NCBI GenBank assembly: GCA_027002265.1
Contig: JAMOTM010000056.1
Span: forward strand, 30,977 to 94,976
Length of the DNA stretch: 64,000 bases
Source: Aquificota bacterium
GTDB taxonomy: Bacteria; Aquificota; Aquificia; Desulfurobacteriales; DQVG01
Direction of reading: 5' to 3'
Positions 45,923 to 55,392 of this stretch are shown here, in pieces. Position 1 is the stretch's first letter; every line of letters begins with the position of its first letter. The position numbers and the translations under genes are program-made. The notes below the pieces were generated by a model. That model was not told where the DNA came from. It saw only the letters and a list, made by a program, of their open reading frames with translations, and made no database searches.

Positions 45923-47539
45923 ATGCCAGGAAAGGAAATTAAATCTAGATTATTTTTAGTTTTATTTACTCTACTTGCAGCTATTTATATAGTTTTAACA
46001 AAACCAATAAAACTTGGTTTAGATTTAAAGGGTGGAACATATATAAAGCTTAAAGTAGATATTAATAAAGTCATACAGGAAAAGCTTTATAATACAAAAA
46101 AGGAAATTTTATCTTTGGCTAAACAAAATAATTTCCAAATTTTAAAGGTAGATATAAAAGACAATCGCATTTTTATATATCCTTTAGAAGATAAAAATTT
46201 ACAAAAATTTTTAACAGCTTTAAGACGAAATTTTGAAGGAATTTATGATATTTCATGGGACGGAGAAAAAATAGTTTTAAGTTTTAACCCTACTTACCTT
46301 CTTACCTTTAAAAGAAAAGTTTTAGAGCAAGAACTAGAAACTATAAGAAATAGAATTGATAGCTTAGGAGTTAGTGAACCTCTTATTGCAATGGAGGGAG
46401 ATAAATATATTGTAGTAGAGCTTGCAGGAATAAAAAATCCTGAAAGAGCAAAAAAAATTCTTAAAAAAGTTGCCAATTTAGAGTTTATGGAAGTTATTAA
46501 AGAATATCACCTAAAGGAGCCTTATCCTATTTTTAATATAAAAAAATGCGAAGAAGGCTTGAAAAATCCCGTTTGCACTCTTTATAACAATTTAAAACTT
46601 AAATACGCAAATATTACAAATAAAGAAATTTTACCCGGAGTAAAAAAAATAGGTGTTACTCAAAATAAAAAATTGTATATAACTTCTTTATATGTTTTAA
46701 AAACTCCTCCTATTTTAACTGGAAGATATTTAGAAGATGCTTATCCTTCAAAAGATCAATATGGTATGCCAGCTGTTGCATTTAGATTAAATGAGGAAGG
46801 AGCAAAAATTTTTGAAAATTATACAGCTTCTCATATAGGTAAAAGACTTGCTATCGTTCTTGATAAAAAGGTTATGTCCGCTCCCGTTATTCAAAGTAAG
46901 ATTTCTTATCAAGGTCAAATTACTGGAAGTTTTACCTTAGAAGAAGCCCAAGATTTAGCTTTAGTTTTAAGAGCTGGGGCTTTGCCTGCTCCAGTTAAAA
47001 TTGTAGAAGAAAATACGGTAGGACCTTATTTAGGAAAAGCTTCTATAGAAGCTGGTTTTAAAGCTGCAATTTCCGGATTAATTTTAGTTTTACTTTTTAT
47101 GCTTGCCTATTACAAAATTTTTGGTCTTATTGCAGATATTGCACTTCTTCTAAATTGTTTATTTTTGTATGCTCTTTTAGTTTTATTAGATGCAGTTTTA
47201 ACCCTGCCAGGTATCGCAGGTTTTATCTTAACTATTGGTATGTCAGTAGACGCAAATGTTATTATTTTTGAAAGAATAAAAGAAGAGCTTAAAAAAGGAA
47301 GAAGACTTTCCTCAGCTATTGAAAGCGGATTTAAAAAGGCTTGGCTTACTATTTTTGATGCAAATATAACTACTTTAATTTCAGCTTTAATTTTATTTAT
47401 ATTTGGAACAGGACCTATAAGAGGATTTGCTATTACCTTAAGTTTGGGAATTATATGCTCTATGTTTACGGCCGTATTTGTAACAAAGGTTTTAATAGAT
47501 ATTATCTATAAAATAAATCCAAAACTTTTAAAGTTTTAG
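45923..47539 (+). CDS. secD: Protein translocase subunit SecD
   Basis: Motifs: LGLDLKGG, RIDSLGVSEP, ANLEF, VGPYLG, GIAGFILTIGMSVDANVIIFERIKEE. Six TM helices. Confidence 0.93.
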   Translation: MPGKEIKSRLFLVLFTLLAAIYIVLTKPIKLGLDLKGGTYIKLKVDINKVIQEKLYNTKKEILSLAKQNNFQILKVDIKDNRIFIYPLEDKNLQKFLTALRRNFEGIYDISWDGEKIVLSFNPTYLLTFKRKVLEQELETIRNRIDSLGVSEPLIAMEGDKYIVVELAGIKNPERAKKILKKVANLEFMEVIKEYHLKEPYPIFNIKKCEEGLKNPVCTLYNNLKLKYANITNKEILPGVKKIGVTQNKKLYITSLYVLKTPPILTGRYLEDAYPSKDQYGMPAVAFRLNEEGAKIFENYTASHIGKRLAIVLDKKVMSAPVIQSKISYQGQITGSFTLEEAQDLALVLRAGALPAPVKIVEENTVGPYLGKASIEAGFKAAISGLILVLLFMLAYYKIFGLIADIALLLNCLFLYALLVLLDAVLTLPGIAGFILTIGMSVDANVIIFERIKEELKKGRRLSSAIESGFKKAWLTIFDANITTLISALILFIFGTGPIRGFAITLSLGIICSMFTAVFVTKVLIDIIYKINPKLLKF

Positions 47540-47546
47540 GAACAAA

Positions 47547-48620
47547 ATGGAAGTAAAAAGGAGAAAAACTAAAATAATTTCTCTGGGATCTTTAAAAATA
47601 GGTTATACTGAGCCTATATATGTTCAATCTATGCTTAAAAATCCTTTAACAAATTTTGAGAAAGTAAAAAAAGAGGTTAAAAAACTTTTGGAAGTTGGTT
47701 GCGAAATCATTCGCTTTGCGGTCCCAGATAGAGAAAGTATAAAATATATAAAGCTTTTAAAATCATATCTTTATTTAACTTCAAAAGAACTTAAAAAATT
47801 CCCACCACCTTTGATTGCAGATATTCATTTTGATCCTAAACTTGCCCTTCTTGCTATGGAAGAAGGAGTGGAAGGTATTAGAATAAATCCAGGAAATATA
47901 AAACGTTCTTCTTTAAAAGAAATAATAAAAGAGGCTATAGATAAAAATATTTGCATTAGAGTAGGTATAAATACAGGAAGTCTACCTAAAGTTATTTCTT
48001 CAAGAAACTCTATAGATGCTATTGTAAATTATGTTTTAGATTTAATAAAGGAAATAGAAGATTTTGGATTTACCAATATAAAAATCTCTATAAAAGATAG
48101 CTCAGTTTTAAATACTATAAAAATAAATAAAGCTTTAGCTAAAAAAACAGATTATCCTCTTCATCTTGGGGTTACCGAAGCTGGAACTTTTCTTTCTGGA
48201 ACTGTAAAATCAAGTGTAGGTCTTGGAATTTTACTTTCTGAAGGTATAGGTGACACGATAAGAGTCTCTTTAAGCGAAGAAAGTTATAAGGAAGTTTTAG
48301 TTGGGTTTGAAATTTTAAAAGCTTTGGGGTTAAGGCAAGGTATTAATATTATTTCTTGTCCTACCTGTGGAAGATGTAAAGTTAATGTAAAGGAAATTGC
48401 AAAAATATTAGAAGAAAAATTTTCTCATATTCGAAAAAATATAAATGTTGCAGTTATGGGATGTAGTGTAAATGGTCCGGGAGAGGCAAAACATGCCGAC
48501 TTAGGTATAGCTGGAGCCGGAAATTACTTTTTATTTTTTGAGAAAGGAAAAGTGGTTGGAAAAGGAAAATTCAAGGAGGCATTAGATTGGATTTCTCAAA
48601 AAATTTCTCATCTCAAGTGA
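47547..48620 (+). CDS. ispG: 4-hydroxy-3-methylbut-2-en-1-yl diphosphate synthase
   Basis: Motifs: VQSM, IADIHFD, RINPGN, LGVTEAG, SCPTCGRC, GCSVNGPGE. Confidence 0.95.
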   Translation: MEVKRRKTKIISLGSLKIGYTEPIYVQSMLKNPLTNFEKVKKEVKKLLEVGCEIIRFAVPDRESIKYIKLLKSYLYLTSKELKKFPPPLIADIHFDPKLALLAMEEGVEGIRINPGNIKRSSLKEIIKEAIDKNICIRVGINTGSLPKVISSRNSIDAIVNYVLDLIKEIEDFGFTNIKISIKDSSVLNTIKINKALAKKTDYPLHLGVTEAGTFLSGTVKSSVGLGILLSEGIGDTIRVSLSEESYKEVLVGFEILKALGLRQGINIISCPTCGRCKVNVKEIAKILEEKFSHIRKNINVAVMGCSVNGPGEAKHADLGIAGAGNYFLFFEKGKVVGKGKFKEALDWISQKISHLK

Positions 48621-48967
48621 AAAATGAAGTTTATGTAAAAAAGTATTCTATAGTGATAAAAGATTTAAAACTTGTTTTGCATTGTGGAGATATTCAAGAA
48701 GAAAAAATTCTCGGAATAGAAACTTTAATGGATTTTGAAATTGAAGCTATTGATTTTTTGGATTATATGGTTATTTATAAGTTTATAGAAGATTACTCAA
48801 AACATGAGTTTAAATATCTAGAGGACTTTTGCTTTTCTTTAGCTAAAGAAATGTTTAAAACTTTTAAACAAATTATTAAAATATACATATACATAAGAAA
48901 AAAATCCATCCCCTTTAATATTTATGCTCAAGAAATAGGAGTTAAATTAGAATTTGAAAAAAATTAA
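48587..48967 (+). CDS. folB: Dihydroneopterin aldolase-like T-fold protein
   Basis: TTG start 7 nt after AAGGAGG. The pattern IVIKDLKLVLHCGDIQEEKILGIETLMDFEIEA ... IYIYIRKKSIP...IGVKLEF parallels FolB by eye. Confidence 0.5.
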   Translation: MDFSKNFSSQVKNEVYVKKYSIVIKDLKLVLHCGDIQEEKILGIETLMDFEIEAIDFLDYMVIYKFIEDYSKHEFKYLEDFCFSLAKEMFKTFKQIIKIYIYIRKKSIPFNIYAQEIGVKLEFEKN

Positions 48968-48977
48968 GGAGAAAAAA

Positions 48978-50054
48978 ATGGAAAAAAAATTAAAATGTAA
49001 GGTTTTAGAGAAAATATTTAATAATGAGTATTCCGAAGAGGATATAAAACTTATATCCGAAATTGCGCGTGAGGAACTTAAATTTTTGGTTAGAAATAAT
49101 ATTCCAATAACTCCCCAAAATTTCGAAGCATGGTTTTATGTATTTTGCTATGTTTTAGAAAATCTAAAATATATTCCCAGCGACGAAGAACTAAAAGAAC
49201 TTTTTAAAAATTTTTATAAAAATGAAAAAGCTATTTTAAAACAAGGTTTAAATCCCAAAGTTTTAAAAGAATTTTCTGAAAAATTAGAAAAGGAAATAGA
49301 TAATGTTTTAAAACTTATAGATAATCATACCAATTCTTTAGATAAACATCAAAAAAACTTAGAAAATATAGAAAAGAAAACTCAAAATAAAAATTTAAAT
49401 GTTGAAGAGCTTTTAAAAGAGATACTAAATGAAGTTCACTCTTTAAAAGAACAAAATGAATCTTTAAAAGTAAAACTTCAGGAAGCTCAACTTCAAATAA
49501 GTGAACTTAAAGAGGAACTTCAGCAAACAAAAAGAGAAGCTACTATAGATTTTCTTACGAAAATTCCAAATAGAATGTCGTTTATGAGAGCTTTAAGAGA
49601 TTTTGTAAGAGATTACTATGAAAGAAAATATCCTTTTGCTTTAATTATGGTAGATATAGATCACTTTAAAAATATTAATGATACTTATGGTCATCTTTGT
49701 GGGGATAAAGTTTTAAAAGCAGTTGCGGAAACTTTAAAGCTTAACTTAAGAGCACGAGATATTATAGGTAGATATGGAGGGGAAGAATTTGGAATTATTT
49801 TACCTGGAGTTAACTTAGCCCAAGCTGTAAGTATCGCAGAAAGATTAAGAAAAGCGGTTGAAGGTATAACCATAGATTGTAATGGAGTTCCAATAAAAGT
49901 TACTATATCTTTAGGTGTAGCTACTATGAAAGATGGTTTAGATGAAGAGAAACTTATAAGTTTAGCTGATGAGGCTTTATATTTAGCAAAAAGAAGTGGA
50001 AGAAACAGGGTTAAAACAAGCGTAGATGTTGAAATAGAAAAAAAGTCTAAGTAG
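48978..50054 (+). CDS. Diguanylate cyclase (GGDEF) with coiled-coil N-terminal region
   Basis: Motifs: DFLTKIPNR, DIDHFKNINDTYGHLCGDKVL, RYGGEEFGIIL, ADEALYLAKRSGRNRV. ATG 48978 after AAGGAG. Confidence 0.9.
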   Translation: MEKKLKCKVLEKIFNNEYSEEDIKLISEIAREELKFLVRNNIPITPQNFEAWFYVFCYVLENLKYIPSDEELKELFKNFYKNEKAILKQGLNPKVLKEFSEKLEKEIDNVLKLIDNHTNSLDKHQKNLENIEKKTQNKNLNVEELLKEILNEVHSLKEQNESLKVKLQEAQLQISELKEELQQTKREATIDFLTKIPNRMSFMRALRDFVRDYYERKYPFALIMVDIDHFKNINDTYGHLCGDKVLKAVAETLKLNLRARDIIGRYGGEEFGIILPGVNLAQAVSIAERLRKAVEGITIDCNGVPIKVTISLGVATMKDGLDEEKLISLADEALYLAKRSGRNRVKTSVDVEIEKKSK

Positions 50055-50062
50055 GATTAAAA

Positions 50063-50635
50063 ATGGAAAAAGCAAAAGTTTTACTTCACATATGTTGTGC
50101 TCCATGTGCATGTTATCCTATTGAAAAATTAAAGGAAGAAAATTTTGAAGTTTTTGGCCTTTGGTATAACCCAAATATTCATCCTTTTACAGAATATAAA
50201 AAACGTTTAGAGGAAGTAAAAAAACTAGAAAGTATATATAACATAAAAGTTATATATATAATAGAATATCCGTTGGAAACTTGGATTCAAGATAAAGTTT
50301 TTAGAGAAAATAGAAAAATAAGATGTAAGCTTTGTTATTTTGATAGATTTAAAAGAACTGTATCTGTCTGTAAAGGTGGAAGATTTGATTTTTGGACCTC
50401 AACTTTATTTTATAGCAAATTCCAAAATCACAAGCTTATGAAAGAGGTTGCCTTAAGTTTATCTGAAAGTTACAAGGTAAAATTTTTATATAAAGACTTT
50501 AGAGAAGGTTGGAAAGAAGGTATTGAGAAAAGTAAAGCTTTAGGCCTTTATCGTCAAAACTATTGTGGGTGCATATACTCTGAGAAAGAAAGATATGAAA
50601 ATGAAATAAAAAAATTAAAGGAACTTTATAAATGA
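50063..50635 (+). CDS. queH: Epoxyqueuosine reductase QueH (DUF208)
   Basis: Motifs: LLHICCAPCACYP, CKLCY, YRQNYCGC. Confidence 0.85.
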   Translation: MEKAKVLLHICCAPCACYPIEKLKEENFEVFGLWYNPNIHPFTEYKKRLEEVKKLESIYNIKVIYIIEYPLETWIQDKVFRENRKIRCKLCYFDRFKRTVSVCKGGRFDFWTSTLFYSKFQNHKLMKEVALSLSESYKVKFLYKDFREGWKEGIEKSKALGLYRQNYCGCIYSEKERYENEIKKLKELYK

Positions 50636-51324
50636 TATTAAAAATATTATTAAGTTTCATTTATATATCTTGGGCTACAAAACTTTTTTTATGTTTATAT
50701 GTTCCCCAAAAATTTCTTATGCTTCCTTTTTACATAAGTAAATATAAATATAATTATGAAGTTGAAGTAAAATTTTATCTTTCTAAGAAAATTCCAAGAA
50801 GCTTTTTTAATTCAAATTTTGCAATTTTTATTTTGCCTTATAAAGAAGGAATAAAATATCCCCTGCTTCATGCCGTAACTGTACTTTGCAAAACCAATAG
50901 CACGTACTATACTCTTTTTATAAATAAAGACGGAGATTACGAATATACTAATTTAAAAGGTGTTCTCCAAGCTTGGTATAAAGGGAGTTATGAGCTATAT
51001 AATAAAGATTATAGATTTTTATTTGAAAATATATTTAATATAACGCTTCCAAAAGATATTGTTTTTTATACTCCTACTCAAGGTATTTTGAAACTTTTTG
51101 ATCTAAAAAAAAGATATAAGGTAAACAGTAATCAAAAAAATAAAGCTTCTAAAAAGAATATAAAGACCTCTTTAAATAAAAGTAAAAGCAACTTAAAAGC
51201 AAATATAAATACAACAAAAAATAATAAAACTTCAAAAATTGAAAAAAGTTATAAAAAAATATTAAAAATTCCTTGTGTAAAAAATAAAGATCCAAAGATC
51301 ATAGAAAAAACTTTAAAAAAATAA
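50632..51324 (+). CDS. Hypothetical protein with N-terminal hydrophobic segment and K/N/S-rich basic tail
   Basis: ORF with ATGA overlap to queH. No recognisable motif. Confidence 0.4.
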   Translation: MILKILLSFIYISWATKLFLCLYVPQKFLMLPFYISKYKYNYEVEVKFYLSKKIPRSFFNSNFAIFILPYKEGIKYPLLHAVTVLCKTNSTYYTLFINKDGDYEYTNLKGVLQAWYKGSYELYNKDYRFLFENIFNITLPKDIVFYTPTQGILKLFDLKKRYKVNSNQKNKASKKNIKTSLNKSKSNLKANINTTKNNKTSKIEKSYKKILKIPCVKNKDPKIIEKTLKK

Positions 51325-51384
51325 AGTTTCAGTATTAAAATCCAAATTAACATTTAAAATCTAAGGGGGAAGAAAAGAAAGCAA

Positions 51385-53241
51385 ATGGGTAAAATTTCAA
51401 AAAAACTTCAAAGTAAATTTATTTGGTATTTTCTTATATTCACCATTTTGGCTTTAGCACTTTCAAACTTTATAATTATTTCCATAATAGGTGCAAAAAG
51501 TAAATATGCTTTAAGCATACTTCTTAATAATTACTTTGTTAACTCAAATACAATTAATGAATTAATAAATAGACTTGTAACCTCTCCCTTTGTTTCTCAC
51601 TTAACAGTTTTAAAAGATGGAGTTATATATAAGGATTTAACAGGCCTTGCAGATAGTTATAACTACATCCTTACAAAAAGTTTTATAGGAAAAAATGGTA
51701 TTTATGAGGTAAAATTATTCATATCTTTACCTGATCTAGTTAAATATGTATATATAAAGCTTTTTTATTTAAGCTTTATATTAACTCTTCTTTTTGATGT
51801 ATTTTTCCTTCTTTTTTATAGAAATATAAAAAATACATTTATTAGACCTATAGAAGTTCTTTTATCAAATATTAAAGAAAGAAAAATAAGCAAGTTAATA
51901 TCTATAAAAAATAAAGAATTTTTTGAAGCTCAAAAAGAACTTGAAGATATTTTTTCCGTTATTAGAATTTCTCAACAAAAAATTCATTTTATATCTGAAA
52001 TTTTAGAGGTCTTATCTCGAAGTGAAAATTTCAAGGAAGATTTTAAACATTTACTTAAAAAGCTTGTAAATTCTTTACCTCAAATAGATGGATTTTTATT
52101 AGTTGAAAAACAAAATGATGATGGTCTGAAGGTCAAAGTTATAGATAAACATTTTGAAAAAGAATTTAAAGTAGATAAAGAAAGCTTTAGCTTGTATGCT
52201 TTTAACTTAATCAATCCTAAACTTGTTCCAGAAGTAGATAAACTTGGAGTTTTATCCGAAGAAGAAAAGGAAATTTTTATAAAGGATGCTTATGTAATTC
52301 CTATTAATTTATTTTCAAAAAAAATAGGAGCTTTTATAACTTATTCAAAAGGAAAATTATTTTTATCTGATATTGAAAAGGAATTTTTTAAACTTCTTGG
52401 ATTTACTATCTTTTTAGCTTTAGTTTTAGATAAAGTTTATAAGGAGGCTCAAAACATAGATAAGCTCAAAGCTGAGCTTTTAATAAAGGGAATAACAAAT
52501 TATTTAAATATATTAGAAAATAGGTATATATATAGCTATAAAACTCAAAGAATTCTTTCTTTAATAGAAAAATTAAAAGATACTTTAAGCAGTTTAAATT
52601 TAGATTTAGAAAAATTAAAAAGAGCTGCAACTTTAATGGATATAGGTCTTTTTATGATGCCAGATAAAATTGTTTTAAATTTTGAAGAAGATTTGGAGGA
52701 AAAGGAAAAAAATCTCTATGAGCTTCATCCAATAATCGGAAGTATATATATAAACTCTTTAAATGCTTGTGATGAAGATATAAAAAGAGCAATTTTAGAA
52801 CATCATGAAAATATAGATGGAAGTGGTTTTCCTTCGCAAAAAAAGGGAAATGAAATTTCAAGTTATGCAAAAGTTTTAAGAATTTTAGATGATTTTGATA
52901 GTTTAAGTTATAAAGAAAACAAAGAAAAGGCTTTAGAATTTTTAAGAGAGCAAAAGGGAAAATATTATGATGAAGAAATTTTAGATAAACTTTTACCAGA
53001 ACTTGAAAAAATAGAAATTCCAAAAGTATCTTCCTTATTACCTGAAGAGATTTTAGAGCTGCAAAGAGAAGTTCTAGAAATAGAAAAAAATAGTTTAAAT
53101 ATAGCTTTACCAAAAGATCTTGAAAAAATAGAAAAGGAAATAGAGGAAAATAACAAAGATATAGAGGACAATGAAACACAAAAGACAAAAGAATCTTCTC
53201 AAGAAAATTTAGAAAACTTGAAAGATACTCAAAATCCTTAA
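51385..53241 (+). CDS. Membrane-anchored HD-GYP-like protein with degenerate HD motif
   Basis: Two TM segments flank a ~90-aa loop, then a GAF-like middle region. The C-terminal domain has LMDIGLF in place of HDxGK but retains LHPIIG, HHENIDGSGFP and LDDFDSL. Confidence 0.7.
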   Translation: MGKISKKLQSKFIWYFLIFTILALALSNFIIISIIGAKSKYALSILLNNYFVNSNTINELINRLVTSPFVSHLTVLKDGVIYKDLTGLADSYNYILTKSFIGKNGIYEVKLFISLPDLVKYVYIKLFYLSFILTLLFDVFFLLFYRNIKNTFIRPIEVLLSNIKERKISKLISIKNKEFFEAQKELEDIFSVIRISQQKIHFISEILEVLSRSENFKEDFKHLLKKLVNSLPQIDGFLLVEKQNDDGLKVKVIDKHFEKEFKVDKESFSLYAFNLINPKLVPEVDKLGVLSEEEKEIFIKDAYVIPINLFSKKIGAFITYSKGKLFLSDIEKEFFKLLGFTIFLALVLDKVYKEAQNIDKLKAELLIKGITNYLNILENRYIYSYKTQRILSLIEKLKDTLSSLNLDLEKLKRAATLMDIGLFMMPDKIVLNFEEDLEEKEKNLYELHPIIGSIYINSLNACDEDIKRAILEHHENIDGSGFPSQKKGNEISSYAKVLRILDDFDSLSYKENKEKALEFLREQKGKYYDEEILDKLLPELEKIEIPKVSSLLPEEILELQREVLEIEKNSLNIALPKDLEKIEKEIEENNKDIEDNETQKTKESSQENLENLKDTQNP

Positions 53242-53261
53242 CAAGAAGCATTTAGAAAAAA

Positions 53262-54380
53262 ATGAAAATAATAGATTCTAAAGCTTTAACCGAAAGATTA
53301 AAAAATATTTCTTTAGATGAAAAAAAAGAATTTATAAAAAATTTTGATGCCATAACTACTTCCACTTTTGCCGTTATTTCTTCGGTTTCTTTTATATTTG
53401 AAATAAAATTTGCAGAAAGTGGAAAATATAAAGTTGCAAAAGAAGCTTATATAGATAAAGATAAAGTATGTATAGGACCTGCTCCAAATGAAGGTCTTGG
53501 AATTTTAGATGGAATTGTTAATCGCCCAAAATTTTTAAATAAGCTTCTAAATAACGAAAAAGTAGAAATAAAAATAAAAGCCTTGGATTATAAAAATAAA
53601 CTTCACACTCTTAAATTTTTTGCTACAAAAAAAGATTTTCTTTATCAAAAGCTTCTTTTTACCCGCGTTTGTGTAAAAAATTATATGGCTTTTACTTCTT
53701 TTGAAAAAGTAGAAACTATATTTGCCTATGATTATCTTAATAAAGGAGAACTTACCTTTAGTGGTTGCGGGATTTTGAACCCTTTAGAAATTTTTGAAAT
53801 TAAAAAAGGTGACAAAATTTTTATTGCAGGGGGAAGCGGTTTAGTTTTAGGAAGTGGAACAAGAAGTTCAAAAGAAAAACCCAATTTAAGTGTTTTAGTA
53901 GATTTCAAAGAAGTAGATAAAAAATATTTTGGGAATTTTTATCAAAAATCATCTCTAGAGTACTATGTGGCCGTAGGATATAAGAAGAAAGTAAGAGACT
54001 TAACACCCAAAGAAACAGAAAATCTTTTTAACAAAAGCATGGAAAGTATAAAACTCCCAATTGCTAATGTAAAAGGAAGGAAAATTATAGATTTTTCAAA
54101 TTATAAAGAAGCTTGGCAAGGGGATTTAAGTTTTAAATTTGATAAAAGTAAATGTAAAAGCTGTAAAGATTGCATTATAGAAAAATATTGCCCTGCTCAA
54201 GCATTTTCAAAAGAGGTAGGATTTTTAGAAAATTGTTTATATTGCGGCGTTTGTCTTTCCTTATGTCCTTTTAAAGCTATTAAAGGTAACTTGGGATATA
54301 TAAAAAATTATAAAATCAAAATGCGACACTCATCTTTAAAACGAGCTTTGGATGTTTGTAATCTTTTAAAGGATCTTTGA
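53262..54380 (+). CDS. COG1900/HcyBio (DUF39)-like domain protein with C-terminal 2x[4Fe-4S] ferredoxin domain
   Basis: C-terminal CKSCKDCIIEKYCP ... CLYCGVCLSLCP (two CxxCxxCxxxCP motifs). N-terminal DAITTSTFAVISS and KIFIAGGSGLVLGSGTR resemble the sulfur-insertion HcyBio family (from memory). Confidence 0.5.
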   Translation: MKIIDSKALTERLKNISLDEKKEFIKNFDAITTSTFAVISSVSFIFEIKFAESGKYKVAKEAYIDKDKVCIGPAPNEGLGILDGIVNRPKFLNKLLNNEKVEIKIKALDYKNKLHTLKFFATKKDFLYQKLLFTRVCVKNYMAFTSFEKVETIFAYDYLNKGELTFSGCGILNPLEIFEIKKGDKIFIAGGSGLVLGSGTRSSKEKPNLSVLVDFKEVDKKYFGNFYQKSSLEYYVAVGYKKKVRDLTPKETENLFNKSMESIKLPIANVKGRKIIDFSNYKEAWQGDLSFKFDKSKCKSCKDCIIEKYCPAQAFSKEVGFLENCLYCGVCLSLCPFKAIKGNLGYIKNYKIKMRHSSLKRALDVCNLLKDL

Positions 54381-54441
54381 AAATTTTGCATGCTATAATC
54401 TTTTTAAATCCAATTTTTAAATTAAAGCTTGAGAGGGGAAA

Positions 54442-55326
54442 ATGTCTATAGAAAGAGTAGCTGTTTTGTATGGGGGACCTTCCCCTGAGGCAGAAATTTC
54501 AATGAAATCAGCAAAAGAAGTAGAAAAAGCTTTAAAAAATTTAGGATATGATGCTTTTTTAATTGAATTTTCTCCAAAATTTATTGCAGATATTAAATCC
54601 GCTTTAACAGATAAAGTTTTTATATGCATGCATGGAGTTCCCGGAGAAGAGGGTCGTATTCAAGGGACCTTTGAACTTATAGATATACCTTATACAGGTT
54701 CTTCTTTTGAAGCTTCTCATAAAGCTGCGGATAAAGAGCTTTCTAAACTTTTATTTTTAGAATATGATATTCCTACTCCAAAATATAAAATAATAAAAAG
54801 TGAAGATGATTTACTTTCGTGGAACATTTTTCCAGCTATTTTAAAACCTTGCACTCTCGGTTCATCATTAGGAGTAGAGCTTATAGAAAGTAAAAAAGAT
54901 ATTTTTGAAGCTTTTAATAAAGTAAAAAATTTAGATGAAAAATTTTTAATTGAAGAATTTATAGATGGGAAAGAGCTTTCTATTGGAGTTTTAAACGGAA
55001 AACCCTTAGAAATTGTAGAAATTATTCCTAAAGGAAAGGTTTTTACTTTTGAAGATAAGTATATTTCTCCCGATACTCAATATATTTGCCCGGCTCCCAT
55101 AGAGGATGAAGTTAAAGAAAAAATAAAAAACTATGCAAAAAAAATTTGGGATACTTTTAAATTTAAAGGAGCTGTGAGAATAGATTTAAGGCTTAAAGAT
55201 GATAAACCTTACTTTTTGGAAGTAAACACTATACCTGGTTTAACGCGAAGAAGTCTCTTACCTTTAAGTGCTCAAGGTATAGGAATTTCCTTTGAAGATT
55301 TAATTCATGAAATATTGTTAAGTTAA
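54442..55326 (+). CDS. ddl: D-alanine--D-alanine ligase
   Basis: Motifs: VAVLYGGPSPEAEIS, HGVPGEEGRIQG, KPCTLGSSLGV, RIDL, EVNTIPG. Confidence 0.93.
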   Translation: MSIERVAVLYGGPSPEAEISMKSAKEVEKALKNLGYDAFLIEFSPKFIADIKSALTDKVFICMHGVPGEEGRIQGTFELIDIPYTGSSFEASHKAADKELSKLLFLEYDIPTPKYKIIKSEDDLLSWNIFPAILKPCTLGSSLGVELIESKKDIFEAFNKVKNLDEKFLIEEFIDGKELSIGVLNGKPLEIVEIIPKGKVFTFEDKYISPDTQYICPAPIEDEVKEKIKNYAKKIWDTFKFKGAVRIDLRLKDDKPYFLEVNTIPGLTRRSLLPLSAQGIGISFEDLIHEILLS

Positions 55327-55392
55327 TTAGCTTAAAGTTTTTCAAAAGTATTAAAATATCTTTATCAAAATTTTAAATTTAGGAGAAACGAA

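Noticed and set aside
52652-53251. 199-aa reverse-strand ORF (and the nested 52965-53171 ORF) opposite the HD-GYP-like gene.
   Set aside because: Low-complexity F/L-rich product with no RBS. It is fully contained in a forward gene that has recognisable motifs.
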